Below, in pieces: positions 22,326 through 35,039 of a stretch of 64,000 nt of DNA. Under the pieces are notes generated by a model that saw only the letters and a program-made list of their open reading frames with translations, ran no database searches and had not been told where the DNA came from. Both the position numbers and the translations under genes were made by a program. Location of the stretch: positions 163,508,527 through 163,572,526 of the forward strand of contig NC_052146.1 of the NCBI RefSeq assembly GCF_902713615.1, given 5' to 3'. Numbering within the stretch: position 1 is the stretch's first letter; each line of letters begins with the position of its first letter. Origin of the DNA: Scyliorhinus canicula (lineage: Eukaryota).

Positions 22326-23122
22326 TGATGTGTTATCTGTGTTGGTCTAACATCGACTGCAACTGGGCTTTATAGTGGTGGTGTCCTGTCTGGTGATTGG
22401 TTGTTCTGTGTCGTGTGTGTTCATTCGTTATCCTGTGCAGTAAAACGAGAACCAGGCTTCCGACACAGGAGATGGTCCAACACTGTTTTATTGAACCTGC
22501 TGATTGCTGTACATAATCTGCTGTGGATTGACACTGTTCTATTAACATAGAACATACAGTGCAGAAGGAGGCCATTTAGCCCATCGAGTCTGCACCGACC
22601 CACTTAAGCCCTCACTTCCACCCTATCCCCGTAACCCAGTAACCCCTTCTAACCTTTTTGGACACCATGGGCAATTTAGCATGGCCAATCCACCTAACCT
22701 GCACGTCTTTGGACTGTGGGAGGAAACCAGATCACCCGGAGGAAACCCACATAGACACGGGGAGAACGTGCTGACTCCACACAGATAGTGACCCAGCGGG
22801 GAATTGAACCTGGGACCCTGGCGCTGTGAAGCCACAGTGCTAGCCACTTGTGCTACCGTGCTGCCCTAATGAGAACCTCCAACTGGCTTGACCAGACTAG
22901 CTCTCTATCACATGGTGATAATGTTCATTGGCCTGTGCACTGCGACTATCTCCCTAGCTGTGTCCTGTGAGAGAGGGAGAGCCTTAATGCCCTGTGGGCT
23001 TTATAGTGGTGGTGTCCTGTCTGGTGATTGGTTGTTCTGTGTCGTGTGTGTTCATTCGTTATCCTGTGTGTCAATCAGTGCCCGTCTGCATCTCATGATA
23101 TACATGAGTGGATATTATGACA
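22326..23122 (-). mobile_element. Solo LTR (interrupted by SINE; internal 74-bp duplication)
   Basis: TG...CA termini; on minus strand CCAAT, TATAAA and AATAAA in LTR order; no clean TSD seen. Confidence 0.65.
22544..22866 (-). mobile_element. HE1/V-SINE, CR1 tail
   Basis: Full-length reverse complement with A/B boxes and TTCTATGTT tail. Confidence 0.92.
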
Positions 23123-23197
23123 CCCCTCCCCACCACCACCCCCGACACCTCACCAAGCTCTGCTTCACCTTGCATTCCACCCTGGGTCAAACTTCAG

Positions 23198-24033
23198 GGG
23201 TGGGATTCTCCGTCAGCCAATGCCGGAATCGCGAAATGTGACTGGGCGGAGCATTGGTTTTGATGGGCGCTGGTTTCACGCCAAATAGAAATTCTCCGTT
23301 GCCCTGACAGGGACGTCAATGCATTCCACTCGACATGTACAGTAAACCCCGTCGGTATATTATTAGTGGGCCTGAGCCGGTGTACTCTGGGGCCTATGTG
23401 ATTCTCCACCTCTACTGGGGTGAATTTCTGATGGCGAAGTTCACTTGTGCTTTAAAAATCATGAAACAGGCGCCGTGGCTGCTGAGGGGGAGAGAGGGGG
23501 CAGGGAAAGTGCTGTGTTTCCGGGGGGTTTCTGCCAGGGCTGGGTGGAGTAGCGCGGGGTGGCCAGGAGGTGGGCTGTGTGGTCGGGGCTGACAGGCACG
23601 GAACAACATTGCCGCAGCCGGCAAGGTAGCCATGCGGCTGTGCACGCCGCTAACTGCCCACTCTGAACCTAGTGCCATGGGTCGTTTGGGTGTGTCCCCC
23701 CAGCCCACTCCCCTAGATGCATTCTGACTCCAGCCAACTCATCAATGGAACGGGTATGCTCCAGCACATAGTGCCACCTTGTAGGCCGGGATGGTGTGTG
23801 TGGGGAGTGAAGTGTGTATATACGGCTGCAGCTTCTCAGCCTCCTGAGTGTCAATCACAAATCTGGTGAATTAGACACTTTTTCATTGGAGTTGAGTGTT
23901 CCACTTGGTGTCGGTGCTAGCCCCTTAACGGTTGCTGAATCTGTCCTGGTGTGGCACCAGTTTTCCTGCTGTAGAAGTCCAGGAATCCTGCTCCGGCGTC
24001 AACACTTAGTCTCAGGAATGGAGAATCCCACCT
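23198..24033. mobile_element. Harbinger-type MITE
   Basis: TIRs GGGTGGGATTCTCC / GGAGAATCCCACCT; flanks CAG/CAA; GC-rich. Confidence 0.75.
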
Positions 24034-24504
24034 CAAACCTTGGTTGCAGTAGCTGCATGATCCACAGCACATTGCTGTCCAGATTGACACTGCTATGTGG
24101 CCCCAGAGGGAAGGAAGGAAACCCCTGTACTCCCCAACCGCAGACACGGTACTGATCCGAGTCAATCACACAGGAAGCTCCATGAGTCCAGCAGCACAGT
24201 GCTGTGCATGAAGACCCGCTCAACATGGAGTTGGAGGTAAGAACTGCCTGCACCGGCAGATTGATGAACAGCGCATAAAGAGCTGCGCTATTGTGGCAAA
24301 AAGGCTTGGTTAGACTCACCTCAAAATCTGTGGTAATTTGAGGACCTCCTTGTGAATGCCACTATTTAACAATCGGGCTTGATGCCCATGTAACTTCCCC
24401 TTAGTGTGAGACATGATTAACAGGTCAGATGGATCACTAGCAACCAGCTGTTTTAATGAGCATTCATGAGATACAAATAGTGTTAGCGCCAGCGGGCAGT
24501 GATC

Positions 24505-25860
24505 TGCCATTAACCTGAAATTAACCTGACATTAACCTGCCAATAACCCGCCATTAATCTGCCACTAATCTGCCATTAACCCTACAGAAACCTGCCATCA
24601 ATCCGCCATTAACCGTCATTAACCTGCCAATAAACCACCATTAACCTGCCAATAACCCGGGCAGCACGGTAGCATAATGGTTAGCACAATTGCTTCACAG
24701 CTCCAGGGTCCCAGGTTCGATTCCGGCTTGGTTCACTGTCTGTGCGGAGTCTGCACGTCCTCCCTGTGTGTGTGTGGGTCTCCTCTGGGTGCTCCGGTTT
24801 CCTCCCACAGTCCAAAGATGTGGTTAGGTGGATTGGCCATGATAAATTGCCCTTAGTGTCCAAAATTGCCCTTAGTGTTGGGTGGGGTTACTGGGTTATG
24901 GGGATAGGGTGGAGGTGTTGACCTTGGGTAGGGTGCTCTTTCCAAGAGCCGGTGCAGACTCGATGGGCCGAATGGCCTCCTTCTGCACTGTAAATTCTAT
25001 GATAACCTGACATTAACTTGTCATTAACCGGACATTGACCTGCCATTAACCCATTATTAACCTGCCAATAGCCCGCCATTAACCTGCCATTAACCTGTCA
25101 TTAACCTGCCTTTGACTCACCATTAAACTGCCATTAACCCACCATTAACCTGCCATTAACTCGCCTTAAACTGCTAATCCCAGCATTAACCCACCATTAA
25201 CCGGCCATTAACCTGCCATTAACCTGACATTAATCCACCATTAACCCAGTATATTACCATTAACCTGCCATCACACTGGCATTAACTCACCATTAACCTG
25301 ACATTAACCCGCCATTAACTCGACATCAACCAACCATTAATCCACCATTAACTTGACATTAACTCACCATTAACTCATCATTAACCCACCATTAACCCAA
25401 CATTAACTCACCACTAACCTGATGTTAACTCACCATCAACCTGACACCAACCCACCATTAACCTGACATTAACCTACCATTAGCCTATTAACTTGCCAAT
25501 AACACAACATTAACCCGACATTATCTGATCATTAACCCGCCATTAATCCACCATTAACCTGACATTAACTCGCCATTAACCTGCCTTTCCTCCTCCTTAA
25601 CCCACCATTAACCTGACATTAACTCGCCATTAACCGATCATTAATCTGATATTAGCCCGACTTTAACCTGCTATTAACCTGCCAATAACCCACCATTAAC
25701 CCAACATTAACCCGCCATTAACCCAACATTAACCTTCCACTAACCGGCCATTAACCTGCTATTAACCTGCCAATAATCCACCATTAACCCGCCATTAACC
25801 CAACATTAACCTTCCATTAACCAGCCACTAACCGGCTATTAACCTGACATTAACCTTCCA
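24505..25860. repeat. 11-bp minisatellite (CCATTAACCTG-like), split by a SINE
   Basis: Roughly 90 degenerate tandem units. Confidence 0.95.
24659..25001 (+). mobile_element. HE1/V-SINE, CR1 tail
   Basis: Full length; ATAACC on both flanks (TSD). Confidence 0.93.
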
Positions 25861-26220
25861 TTGTGGTCAACCTACGCCGTTGGGAAACCTGCGAGCGTGG
25901 GTGCGTGCCAGCCCAAGGGAGAATCCTGCCAGGGGAGAATCCCACTATAGACCTGTGTCTCTGGTATTTGACCCATCAGCTAATAGGAACATCTTTCTTT
26001 TCCTACCCTACCCAAACCTGTCATAATCTTATACAGCTCTCTCAATCACTCCTCAATCTCCTTCACTCCAAAATGAACAACCCCAGCTGCTCCAACCCCA
26101 ACAGTGGAGCTAAAATCCCCTCATCCCTGGAAGCATTCTGGTAAATCTCCTCTGGATCCTCTCAAAGACCCTTAAATCCTTACGATTCAAGCTGTGCAAC
26201 GCAGTGCAAATTGTTATCTT

Positions 26221-26572
26221 AGAACATAGAACATAGAACAGTACAGCACAGAACAGGCCCTTCGGCCCTCAATGTTGTGTCGAGCCATGATCACCCTACT
26301 CAAACCCACATATCCACCCTATACCAGTAACCCAACAACCCCCCCCCTTAACCTTATATTTATTAGGACACTACGGGCAATTTAGCATGGCCAATCCACC
26401 TAACCCGCACATCTTTGGACTGTGGGAGGAAACCGGAGCACCCGGAGGAAACCCACGCACACACGGGGAGGACGTGCAGACTCCGCACAGACAGTGACCC
26501 AGCCGGGAATCGAACCTGGGACCCTGGAGCTGTGAAACATTTATGTTAACCACCATGCTACCCTGCTGCCCC
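26221..26572 (-). mobile_element. HE1/V-SINE, second CR1-tail subtype
   Basis: Tail GGCCGAAGGGCCTGTTCTGTGCTGTACTGTTCTATGTTCTATG on minus strand. Confidence 0.93.
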
Positions 26573-27464
26573 TAATCTTCATTTGAACATTCAGATGTAT
26601 CCACATTCAAATCTTTGTGTCCAATTTATGTCCATTAAATTGTTACCTTACTGCCCATAGGGATTCAACTTCAAATATCCAGATCTTCAAAATATCTGTA
26701 AATTAGTGATTGACACAGCTCGACTCAAGTAACTGATCAATCCAATTTTTTTCAGTAAAACCTTTGAATTATGTGGAGCTGTACAATTTCTGGACTGAAA
26801 TCTTGATTTTTCTTAAATCCTGCAATATTTTCATTGACAGCTTTGCAAATTCTCCGGAAATCATTTTATTCAGCGCCTGGTTTACGTCACAAATTCACAA
26901 AACTGACTTCAGGTTCAGCTACCGCACAATCGCTGCTTAAGTGACTTTAATCGACTGAGAGAAGCCCAATGCAAAAGAAAAACCAACAGTTCCCCGAGGA
27001 ATCAAATGAGATTCATAAATTCACCTTACATTTACTCATAGTTTCCATCATTTAAGCCCTCCAGTCAGATTATATCGTTGTAATCTCTCCCGCATGGATT
27101 CAAAAGTCATTTAACATTTCACAGAGACATCTCTTAATGCTTGCACATTTCAATTTCTAATTAGTACACTTTTCTTATCTTTACACCCAGATGGTTTTTT
27201 TACCCTTTGGGGAATAGCGGGAGAAGTGTTGGGAGGATTTTCGAGCTGATTACCAGACCATTCATAATCTTATACAGCTCTCTCAATCACCCCTCAATCT
27301 CCTTCACTCCAATGTGAACAACCCCAGCTGCCCCAACCCCAACCCCAGACCGCGCTGAACGCTCCTTCCGTGGCTAACAATCCCTGGCGGTGGACTTGAA
27401 CCCAAAGCTTCCGGTCGAGCAGTAGGGGCACCACCACGATGCTACAAGGCCTCCTATTAGTACG

Positions 27465-27689
27465 TTAGTATATTTAAAAATTGAAAGTACACAATTCTTT
27501 TTTTTCCCCAATGAAGGGGCAATTTAGCGTGACCAATCCACCTACCCTGCACATCTTTGGGTTGTGGGGGTGAAACCCACGCAAACACGGGGAGAATGTG
27601 CAAACTCCACACAGTGACCCGGGGCTGGGGTCGAACGCCTGTCCTCGGCACCGTGAGGCAGCAGTGCTAACTACAGCATCACCATGCCG
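27465..27689 (-). mobile_element. V-SINE, poly(A)-tailed variant
   Basis: Body like 1-165 (TTTCACCCCCACAACCCAAAGATGTGCAG) on minus strand. Confidence 0.8.
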
Positions 27690-28354
27690 TCTTGTACATT
27701 AGCGCATAATGGTAATAACTTGACATTAAAAGTAGTTTTGATTCCTGTAATGAATACACAGGTCTCACAAAGTGACTGGTCTCACTAGCAATTATCCAGG
27801 TCTGGGATAAGGTGAGTTATATTTTCGCCTAGCGGCAAGAATGAACCCCATGACTAGTATATAGATTCCATTTTCACTTTATAACCTGATTATACCTTAC
27901 TAGCAACTGTTGTATATTATAAAGTCAGCATCACTTGTTTAAAATAAAAAACCATAGCCACGCTTGATTTCCTTGACCAGAATAAGGCCACGGAATTATT
28001 TACCAATAATGGACGATTAACTTTTCAGTCCCTGCAAAGGATGAATCAAACACAAGCTTGCCTTATTTTCTTGACACCAGTTCTGTGCCTCGTTAGCCAA
28101 TCGCGTATCAACAGCAAACAACTTCAAAGACAGTGGGGGCGATTCTCTGGCCACGTTGCACCCCGGGCAAATCCCACTATGTCAGGAGAATTCTGGGAGG
28201 CACCCGAAATGGGATTTGTGCCAGGCACCAAACAGCTTCCGATGCTCCCATGACCTGATCCAGGTCCTCACTGAAATTTACGAACAGAATTTTTACAATA
28301 AAACTCAATCTCGCACTACCACCAAACCCTCGTCCCTGATTGTAAAAATATAAG

Positions 28355-28665
28355 ATCCTACAGCACTGGTGCCTCGCATCACCGGGAACCCGGGTTTGAG
28401 TCCGGCCTTGAGTGACTGTCTGGAGTTTGCATATTCTCCCCGCAGGTTTCAACCGGGTGCTCCGCTTTCCTCCCGGGATCCTGAGAAGTGCAGGTTAGGT
28501 GGATTTGCCATGCTAAATTACCCCTTTGTGTCCAGAGATGTACAGGTTAGGTTACAGGGATAGGGTGGGGGAATGGGCCGAGGGTGGGTGCTCTTTCGGG
28601 GGATCGGTGCAGACTCGATCGGCCAAATGGCCTCCATCCCCACTGTAGGAGTTCTTTTGTTCTAT
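28355..28665 (+). mobile_element. HE1/V-SINE (older, diverged)
   Basis: Degenerate B-box, V-body, GGTGCAGACTCGATCGGCCAAATGGCCTCC tail. Confidence 0.8.
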
Positions 28666-31600
28666 GGGGAGGGATCTGATAGGAAGGCCTGGGACATGGG
28701 GAGGGATCTGACAGGGAGAATGGGACACTGGGAGGGGTCTGACAGTGAGACCTGGGACATGGGGAGGGGTCTGATAGTGAGACCAGGGACATGGGGAGGG
28801 GATCTCACAGTGAGACCCGGGACATGGGGAGGGGTCTCACAGTGAGACCTCGGACATGGGGAGAGGTCTCACAGTGAGACCTGGGACATGGGGAGGGGTC
28901 TCACAGTGAGACCTGGGACATGGGGAGAGGGTCTCACAGGGAGACCTGGGACATGGGGAGGGTCTCACAATGAGACCTGGGACATGGGGAGGGGTCTCAG
29001 TAAGACCTGGGATATGGTGAGGGGACTCCCAGTGAGACCTGAGACATGGGGAGAGGTCTCACAGGGAGACCTGGGACATGGGGAGGGGTTTCACAGGGAG
29101 ACCTGGGACATGGGACAGGGCAGCAGGGTAGCATGGTGGTTAGCATAAATGCTGCACAGCTCCAGGGTCCCAGGTTCGATTCCCGGCTGGGTCACTGTCT
29201 GTGTGGAGTCTGCACGTCCTCCCCCTGTATGCGTGGGTTTCCTCCGGGTGCTCCGGTTTCCTCCCACAGTCCAAAGATGTGCGGGTTAGGTGGATTGGCC
29301 ATGCTAAATTGCCCGTAGTGTCCTAATAAAAGTAAGGTTAAGGGGGGGGTTGTTGGGTTACTGGTATAGGGTGGATACGTGGGTTTGAGTAGGGTGATCA
29401 TGGCTCGGCACAACATCGAGGGCCGAAGGGCCTGTTCTGTGCTGTACTGTTCTATGTTCTATGGGGAGGGGTCTCACAGTGAGACCTGGGACATGGGGAG
29501 GGGTCGCAGTAAGACCTGGGATATGGTGAGGGGACTCCCAGTGAGACCTGAGACATGGGGAGGGGTCTGACAGTGAGACCTGGGACATGGGGAGGGGGGT
29601 CTGACAGTGAGACTTGAGACATGTGGAGGGGTCTCATAGTGAGACCTGGGACATGGGGAGGGGTCTCAGTGAGACCTGGGACATGGGGAGGGGTCTGACA
29701 GTGAGACCTAAGACATGGGAAGGGGTCTCACAGGGAGACCTGGGACATGGGGAGGGGTCTGGCAGTGAGACCTGGGACATGTGGAGGGGTCTCAGTGCAC
29801 CCTGGGACATAGGGAGGGGTCTCACAGTGAGACCTGAGACATGTGGAGGGGTCTGACAGTGAGACCTGGGACATGGGGAGGGGGTCTCACAGGGAGATCT
29901 GGGACATGGGGAGGGGTTTCACAGGGAGACCTGGGACGTGGGGAGGGGTCTGACAGTGAGACCTGGGACATGGGGAGGGGTCTCACAGTGAGACCTGAGA
30001 CATGGGGAGGGATCTGACAGGGAGACCTGGAACATGGGGAGGGGTCTCACAGTGAGTGCTGGGACATGGGGAGGGTCTCACAGTGAGATCTGGGTCATGG
30101 GGAGGGGTCTCACAGTGAGACCTGAGACATGGAGAGGTGTCTCACAGTGACAGCTGGGTGATGGGGAGGGGTCTCACAGTAAGACAAGGGACATGGGGAG
30201 GGGTCTCACTGTGAGACCTGAGACATGGGGAGGGGTCTGACAGTGAGACCCGGGACATGGGGAGGGATCGGACAGGGAGACCTGGGACATGGGGAGGGGT
30301 CCCACAGTGAGACCTGGGACATGGGGAGGGGTCTCACAGTGAGTGCTGGGACATGGGGAGGGTCTCACAGTGAGAGCTGGGTCATGGGGAGGGGTCTGAC
30401 AGTGAGACCTGGGACATGGGGAGGGGTCTGACAGTGAGTGCTGGGACATGGGGAGGGTCTCACAGTGAGAGCTGGGTCATGGGGAGGGGTCTGACAGTGA
30501 GACCTGGGACATGGGGAAGGGTCTCAGAGTGAGACCTGGGGCATAGGGAGGGGTCTGACAGTGAGACATGGAGAGGAGTCTGACAGTGAGACCTGGGACA
30601 TGGGGAGGGGTCTCACAGTGAGACCTGGGACACGGGGAGGTGTCTCAGAGCGAGATCTGGGACATGGGGAGGGGTGTGACAGTGAGATCTGGGACACGGG
30701 GAGGGGTCTGACAGTGAGATCTGGGACATGGGGAGGGGTCTGACAGTGAGACCTAAGACATGGGAAGGGGTCTCACAGGGAGACCTGGGACATGGGGAGG
30801 GGTCTGGCAGTGAGACCTGGGACATGTGGAGGGGTCTCAGTGCACCCTGGGACATAGGGAGGGGTCTCACAGTGAGACCTGAGACATGTGGAGGGGTCTG
30901 ACAGTGAGACCTGGGACATGGGGAGGGGGTCTCACAGGGAGATCTGGGACATGGGGAGGGGTTTCACAGGGAGACCTGGGACGTGGGGAGGGGTCTGACA
31001 GTGAGACCTGGGACATGGGGAGGGGTCTCACAGTGAGACCTGAGACATGGGGAGGGATCTGACAGGGAGACCTGGAACATGGGGAGGGGTCTCACAGTGA
31101 GTGCTGGGACATGGGGAGGGTCTCACAGTGAGATCTGGGTCATGGGGAGGGGTCTCACAGTGAGACCTGAGACATGGAGAGGTGTCTCACAGTGACAGCT
31201 GGGTGATGGGGAGGGGTCTCACAGTAAGACAAGGGACATGGGGAGGGGTCTCACTGTGAGACCTGAGACATGGGGAGGGGTCTGACAGTGAGACCTGGGA
31301 CATGGGGCGGGATCGGACAGGGAGACCTGGGACATGGGGAGGGGTCCCACAGTGAGACCTGGGACATGGGGAGGGGTCTCACAGTGAGTGCTGGGACATG
31401 GGGAGGGTCTCACAGTGAGAGCTGGGTCATGGGGAGGGGTCTGACAGTGAGACCTGGGACATGGGGAGGGGTCTGACAGTGAGTGCTGGGACATGGGGAG
31501 GGTCTCACAGTGAGAGCTGGGTCATGGGGAGGGGTCTGACAGTGAGACCTGGGACATGGGGAAGGGTCTCAGAGTGAGACCTGGGGCATAGGGAGGGGTC

Positions 31601-31895
31601 TGACAGTGAGACATGGAGAGGAGTCTGACAGTGAGACCTGGGACATGGGGAGGGGTCTCACAGTGAGACCTGGGACACGGGGAGGTGTCTCAGAGCGAGA
31701 TCTGGGACATGGGGAGGGGTGTGACAGTGAGATCTGGGACACGGGGAGGGGTCTGACAGTGAGATCTGGAACATGGGGAGGGTCTGACAGTGAGACCTGG
31801 GACTTGGGGAGGGATCGGACAAGGAGACTTGGGACATGGGGAGGGGTCTGACAGTGAGACCTGGGATATGGGGGGAGGGGGTCTCACACTGAGAA
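28663..31895. repeat. 32-bp G-rich minisatellite GAGACCTGGGACATGGGGAGGGGTCTCACAGT with a 1045-bp higher-order duplication
   Basis: Tandem units directly visible; ORF track repeats at +1045 (30174/31219, 30225/31270, 30561/31606). Confidence 0.97.
29118..29463 (+). mobile_element. HE1/V-SINE inserted in the 32-bp array
   Basis: Full length, same subtype as 26221-26572. Confidence 0.93.
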
Positions 31896-31896
31896 C

Positions 31897-33926
31897 TATT
31901 GACCTTTTAATAGTTGATTAAATGATTGAGGCAGGAGATAGGGGAGCAGAAATATAGACAGATCTTGGAAAGATGTATAAATAACAGGGTTGATGTGGTT
32001 CGTGATTTTACCTTTCCCCATATTGACTGGGACACACTTACTGCTGGAGGCGTGGATGGAGCAGAATTTGTATAGAGCATCACGGATGGTTTCTTGAAAC
32101 AATATGTAAATAGCCCAACTCGGGAAGAGGCCATATTAGACCTGGTGCTGGGGAATGAGCCCGGCCAGGTGATCGAAGTTTCAGTAGGAGATCATTTCGG
32201 TAACAGTGATCATTCTGTAAATTTTAATCTATTTATGGATAAGGACAAGAGTGGTCCTCAGGTGAAGATGTTTGACCTTGGAGGCTAATTACAATAGCAT
32301 TAGGCAGGATCTGGAGAATGTTGACAGGGCGAGGCTGTGTGAGAGAAAATCAACATCCAGCATGTGGGAGGCTTTCAAATGTCAGCTGATTAGAATTCAG
32401 GACCGGCATGTATCTGTGAGGATGAAAGATGAGGCTGGCAAGTATAGGGAACCCTGGATAATGAGGGATATTATGAACCTTGTCAAAAAGGAAAATGAAT
32501 CATTCGTAAGGTCTAATCGGCTTAGGACAGATGAAGCCCTTGAAGAATATAAAGAAAGTAGGAAGGAACTTAATGTAGGAGTTAGGAAGGCTAAAAGGGG
32601 TCATGAAATGTTGTTGGCAAACAGGATTAAGGAAAATCCTAAGGCGTTTTATACATATGTAAAGAGCAAGAGGGTAGCCAGAGAAAGGGTTGGTCTGTTC
32701 AAGAATATTGGAGGGAATCTATGTATGGAACCAAAGGAAATGGGGGAGATACTAAATTAATACTTTGCCTCAGTATTCACCAAAGAGAAGGACTTGGTAG
32801 ATGAAGAGAATAGGGTAGAGTGTGTAGATATTCTGAGTCATGTTGATATTAATAAAGAGGTGTTGGGCATCTTAAAAAGCATTAAAGTAGATAAGTCCCC
32901 AGGGCCTGATGGGATCTACCCCAGAATACTGAGGGACGCAAGGGAGGAAATTGCTGGGGCCTGGACAGTAATCTTTGTATCCTCATTGGCTACAGGTGAA
33001 GTTCCAGAGGATTGGAGTAACCAATGTTGTTCCATTGTTTAGGAAGAGCAGCAGGGATAACAAAGAAAATTAAAAGCCAGTGAGCCTTATGTCAGTGGGA
33101 GGGAAATTATTGGAAAAGATTCTTAGACACAGGATTTACTCACATTAGGAAACAAATGGACTTATTAGTGATGGACAGCATTGCTTTGTGAAGGGGAGGT
33201 CGTGCCTCACTAATTTGATCGAGTTTTTCGAGGAAGTGACAAAGATGATAGATGAGGGAAAGGCAGTGGATATTGTATAAATGGATTTCAGTAAAGCCTT
33301 TGACAAGGTACCTCATGGTAGACTGGTGCAAAAGGTGAAGTCACATGGGATCGTAGGAGAGTTGGCAAGTTGGATACAGAACTGGCTTGGGGACAGAAGA
33401 CAGAGGGTAGGAGTAGAAGGGTATTTTTCTGAATGGAAGGCTGTGACTTGCGGCGTTCCACAGGGATCAGTTCTGGGGCCTTTGTTGTGCGTGATGCGAT
33501 TTGGAAGAAAATTTGGAAGCAAATGATTTGGAAGAAAATATAGCTGGTCTGATTAGTAAGTTCGCAGACGACACAAAAATTGGTGGCGTTGCGGATAGTG
33601 AAGAGGATTGTCAGAGGATACAACAAGATATAAACTGGTTAGAGTCTTAGGCAGAAAAGTGGCTGACGGAGTTTTATCCAGACAAGTGTGAGGTAATACA
33701 CTTTGGAAGGTCCAATGCATGTAGGAATTACACTGTAAATGGTAGAACTCTTGCAAGTATTGACAGGCAGAGAGATCTGGGCATGCATGTCCACCGATCA
33801 CTGAAAGTGGCAACGCATGTGGATAAGGTGGTCAAGAAGGCATACGGCATGCTGGCCTTCATTGGTCAGGGCATTGAATATAAAAATTGGCAAGTCATGT
33901 TGCAGCTATACAGGACCTTAGTTAGG

Positions 33927-33961
<35 letters not shown>

Positions 33962-34473
33962 ACACTACCAGAAGGATGTGGATGCTTTGGAAAGGGTATA
34001 GAAGCGGTTTACTAGGATGTTGCCTGGTATGGAGGGCATTAGCTATGAGGAGAAGTTAGATACATTTGGTCTGTTCTCATTGGAACGACGGAGGTTAAGA
34101 GGCGTCCTGATAGAGTTCTACAAGATTACGAGTGGCATGACAGAGTGGATAGTAAGATTCTCTTTCCTAGGGTAGGAGAGTTAAGTACTATGGGAAAAAG
34201 GTTTAAAGTGCGTGGGGAAAAGTTTATAACAGGTGTGCGAGGCACGTTTTTTTACACAGAGTGGTAAATGTATGGAACGCGCTGCCTGGGGAGGTGGTGG
34301 GAGCAGGTACGATAGCGACATTTAAGCGACATCTAAACAAATATATGAATAGGGTGGGAATGGAAGGATACAGATTCCGTAAGTGCATACGGTTTTAGTT
34401 TAAGCAGGTACCATAGTTGCCGTAGGTTTTGAGAGCCGAAGGGCCTGATCCTGTGCTGTATTGTTCTTTGTTC
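31897..34473 (+). mobile_element. CR1 LINE ORF2 (3' part of APE endonuclease + RT) and tail; degenerate
   Basis: QYVNSPTREEAILDLVL...HFGNSDH, KSPGPDGIYPRIL, DFSKAFDKVPH, GVPQGSVLGPLL, FADD, LVRPHLEYCVQFW; several stops. Confidence 0.95.
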
Positions 34474-35039
34474 AATTAGTGACCATTCTCCAGACCCATC
34501 TCAGATTCAGATCTGAGCTAAAGTTAAGTGTTGGTTTTGATATTTCTACCCAGGTGACACTCGAGCACATGGCATCACCTGAGCTAAAAGTGAGAGGCTA
34601 CACCAGGAGGTGCCACAGAACCTGAGTTTGGGGAGCCTGTAGATTGACAGGGCATGGGGATACTGAGAGAGCCTGGGAATGAACTAATTGATGGGGCAAT
34701 TAGTTGTGCTTTGAGGGAGGATGTAAGAGGTGAAGAAGGGGGGGGGGGGGGGGGGGGTGCGATAGATTGTTTGGAAGAATTGAGGAAAATAGCTAATAGC
34801 AGTCAAAAGTGGTGAATGTGGGTGTGGAGAAAAGAGCTGCTCCGTAACTTAGGGCCCGATGGATGAGATGTAAGACTTTCATAGATCAGGCAGACATTCA
34901 TTGAAACATTATCAGCAAGAAGCATGCTTGTCCCTGCATCATCCCTCAATCCAATGAATGCAATCCAACCATTACACAGTTAAAGTAGAAGTTAATGCTC
35001 CAAAATGTGAGGAAAGATTCAGCATTAGCTCCTGCTGGA

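Noticed and set aside
24659-24735. tRNA genes at SINE heads
   Set aside because: A/B boxes are present but continue into SINE bodies; no complete cloverleaf
24505-25860. Interstitial telomeric repeat
   Set aside because: Period is 11 bp (CCATTAACCTG), not (CCCTAA)n
28663-31895. CRISPR-like array (32-bp partly palindromic repeat)
   Set aside because: Units are head-to-tail with no unique spacers, there are no cas genes, and the context is vertebrate
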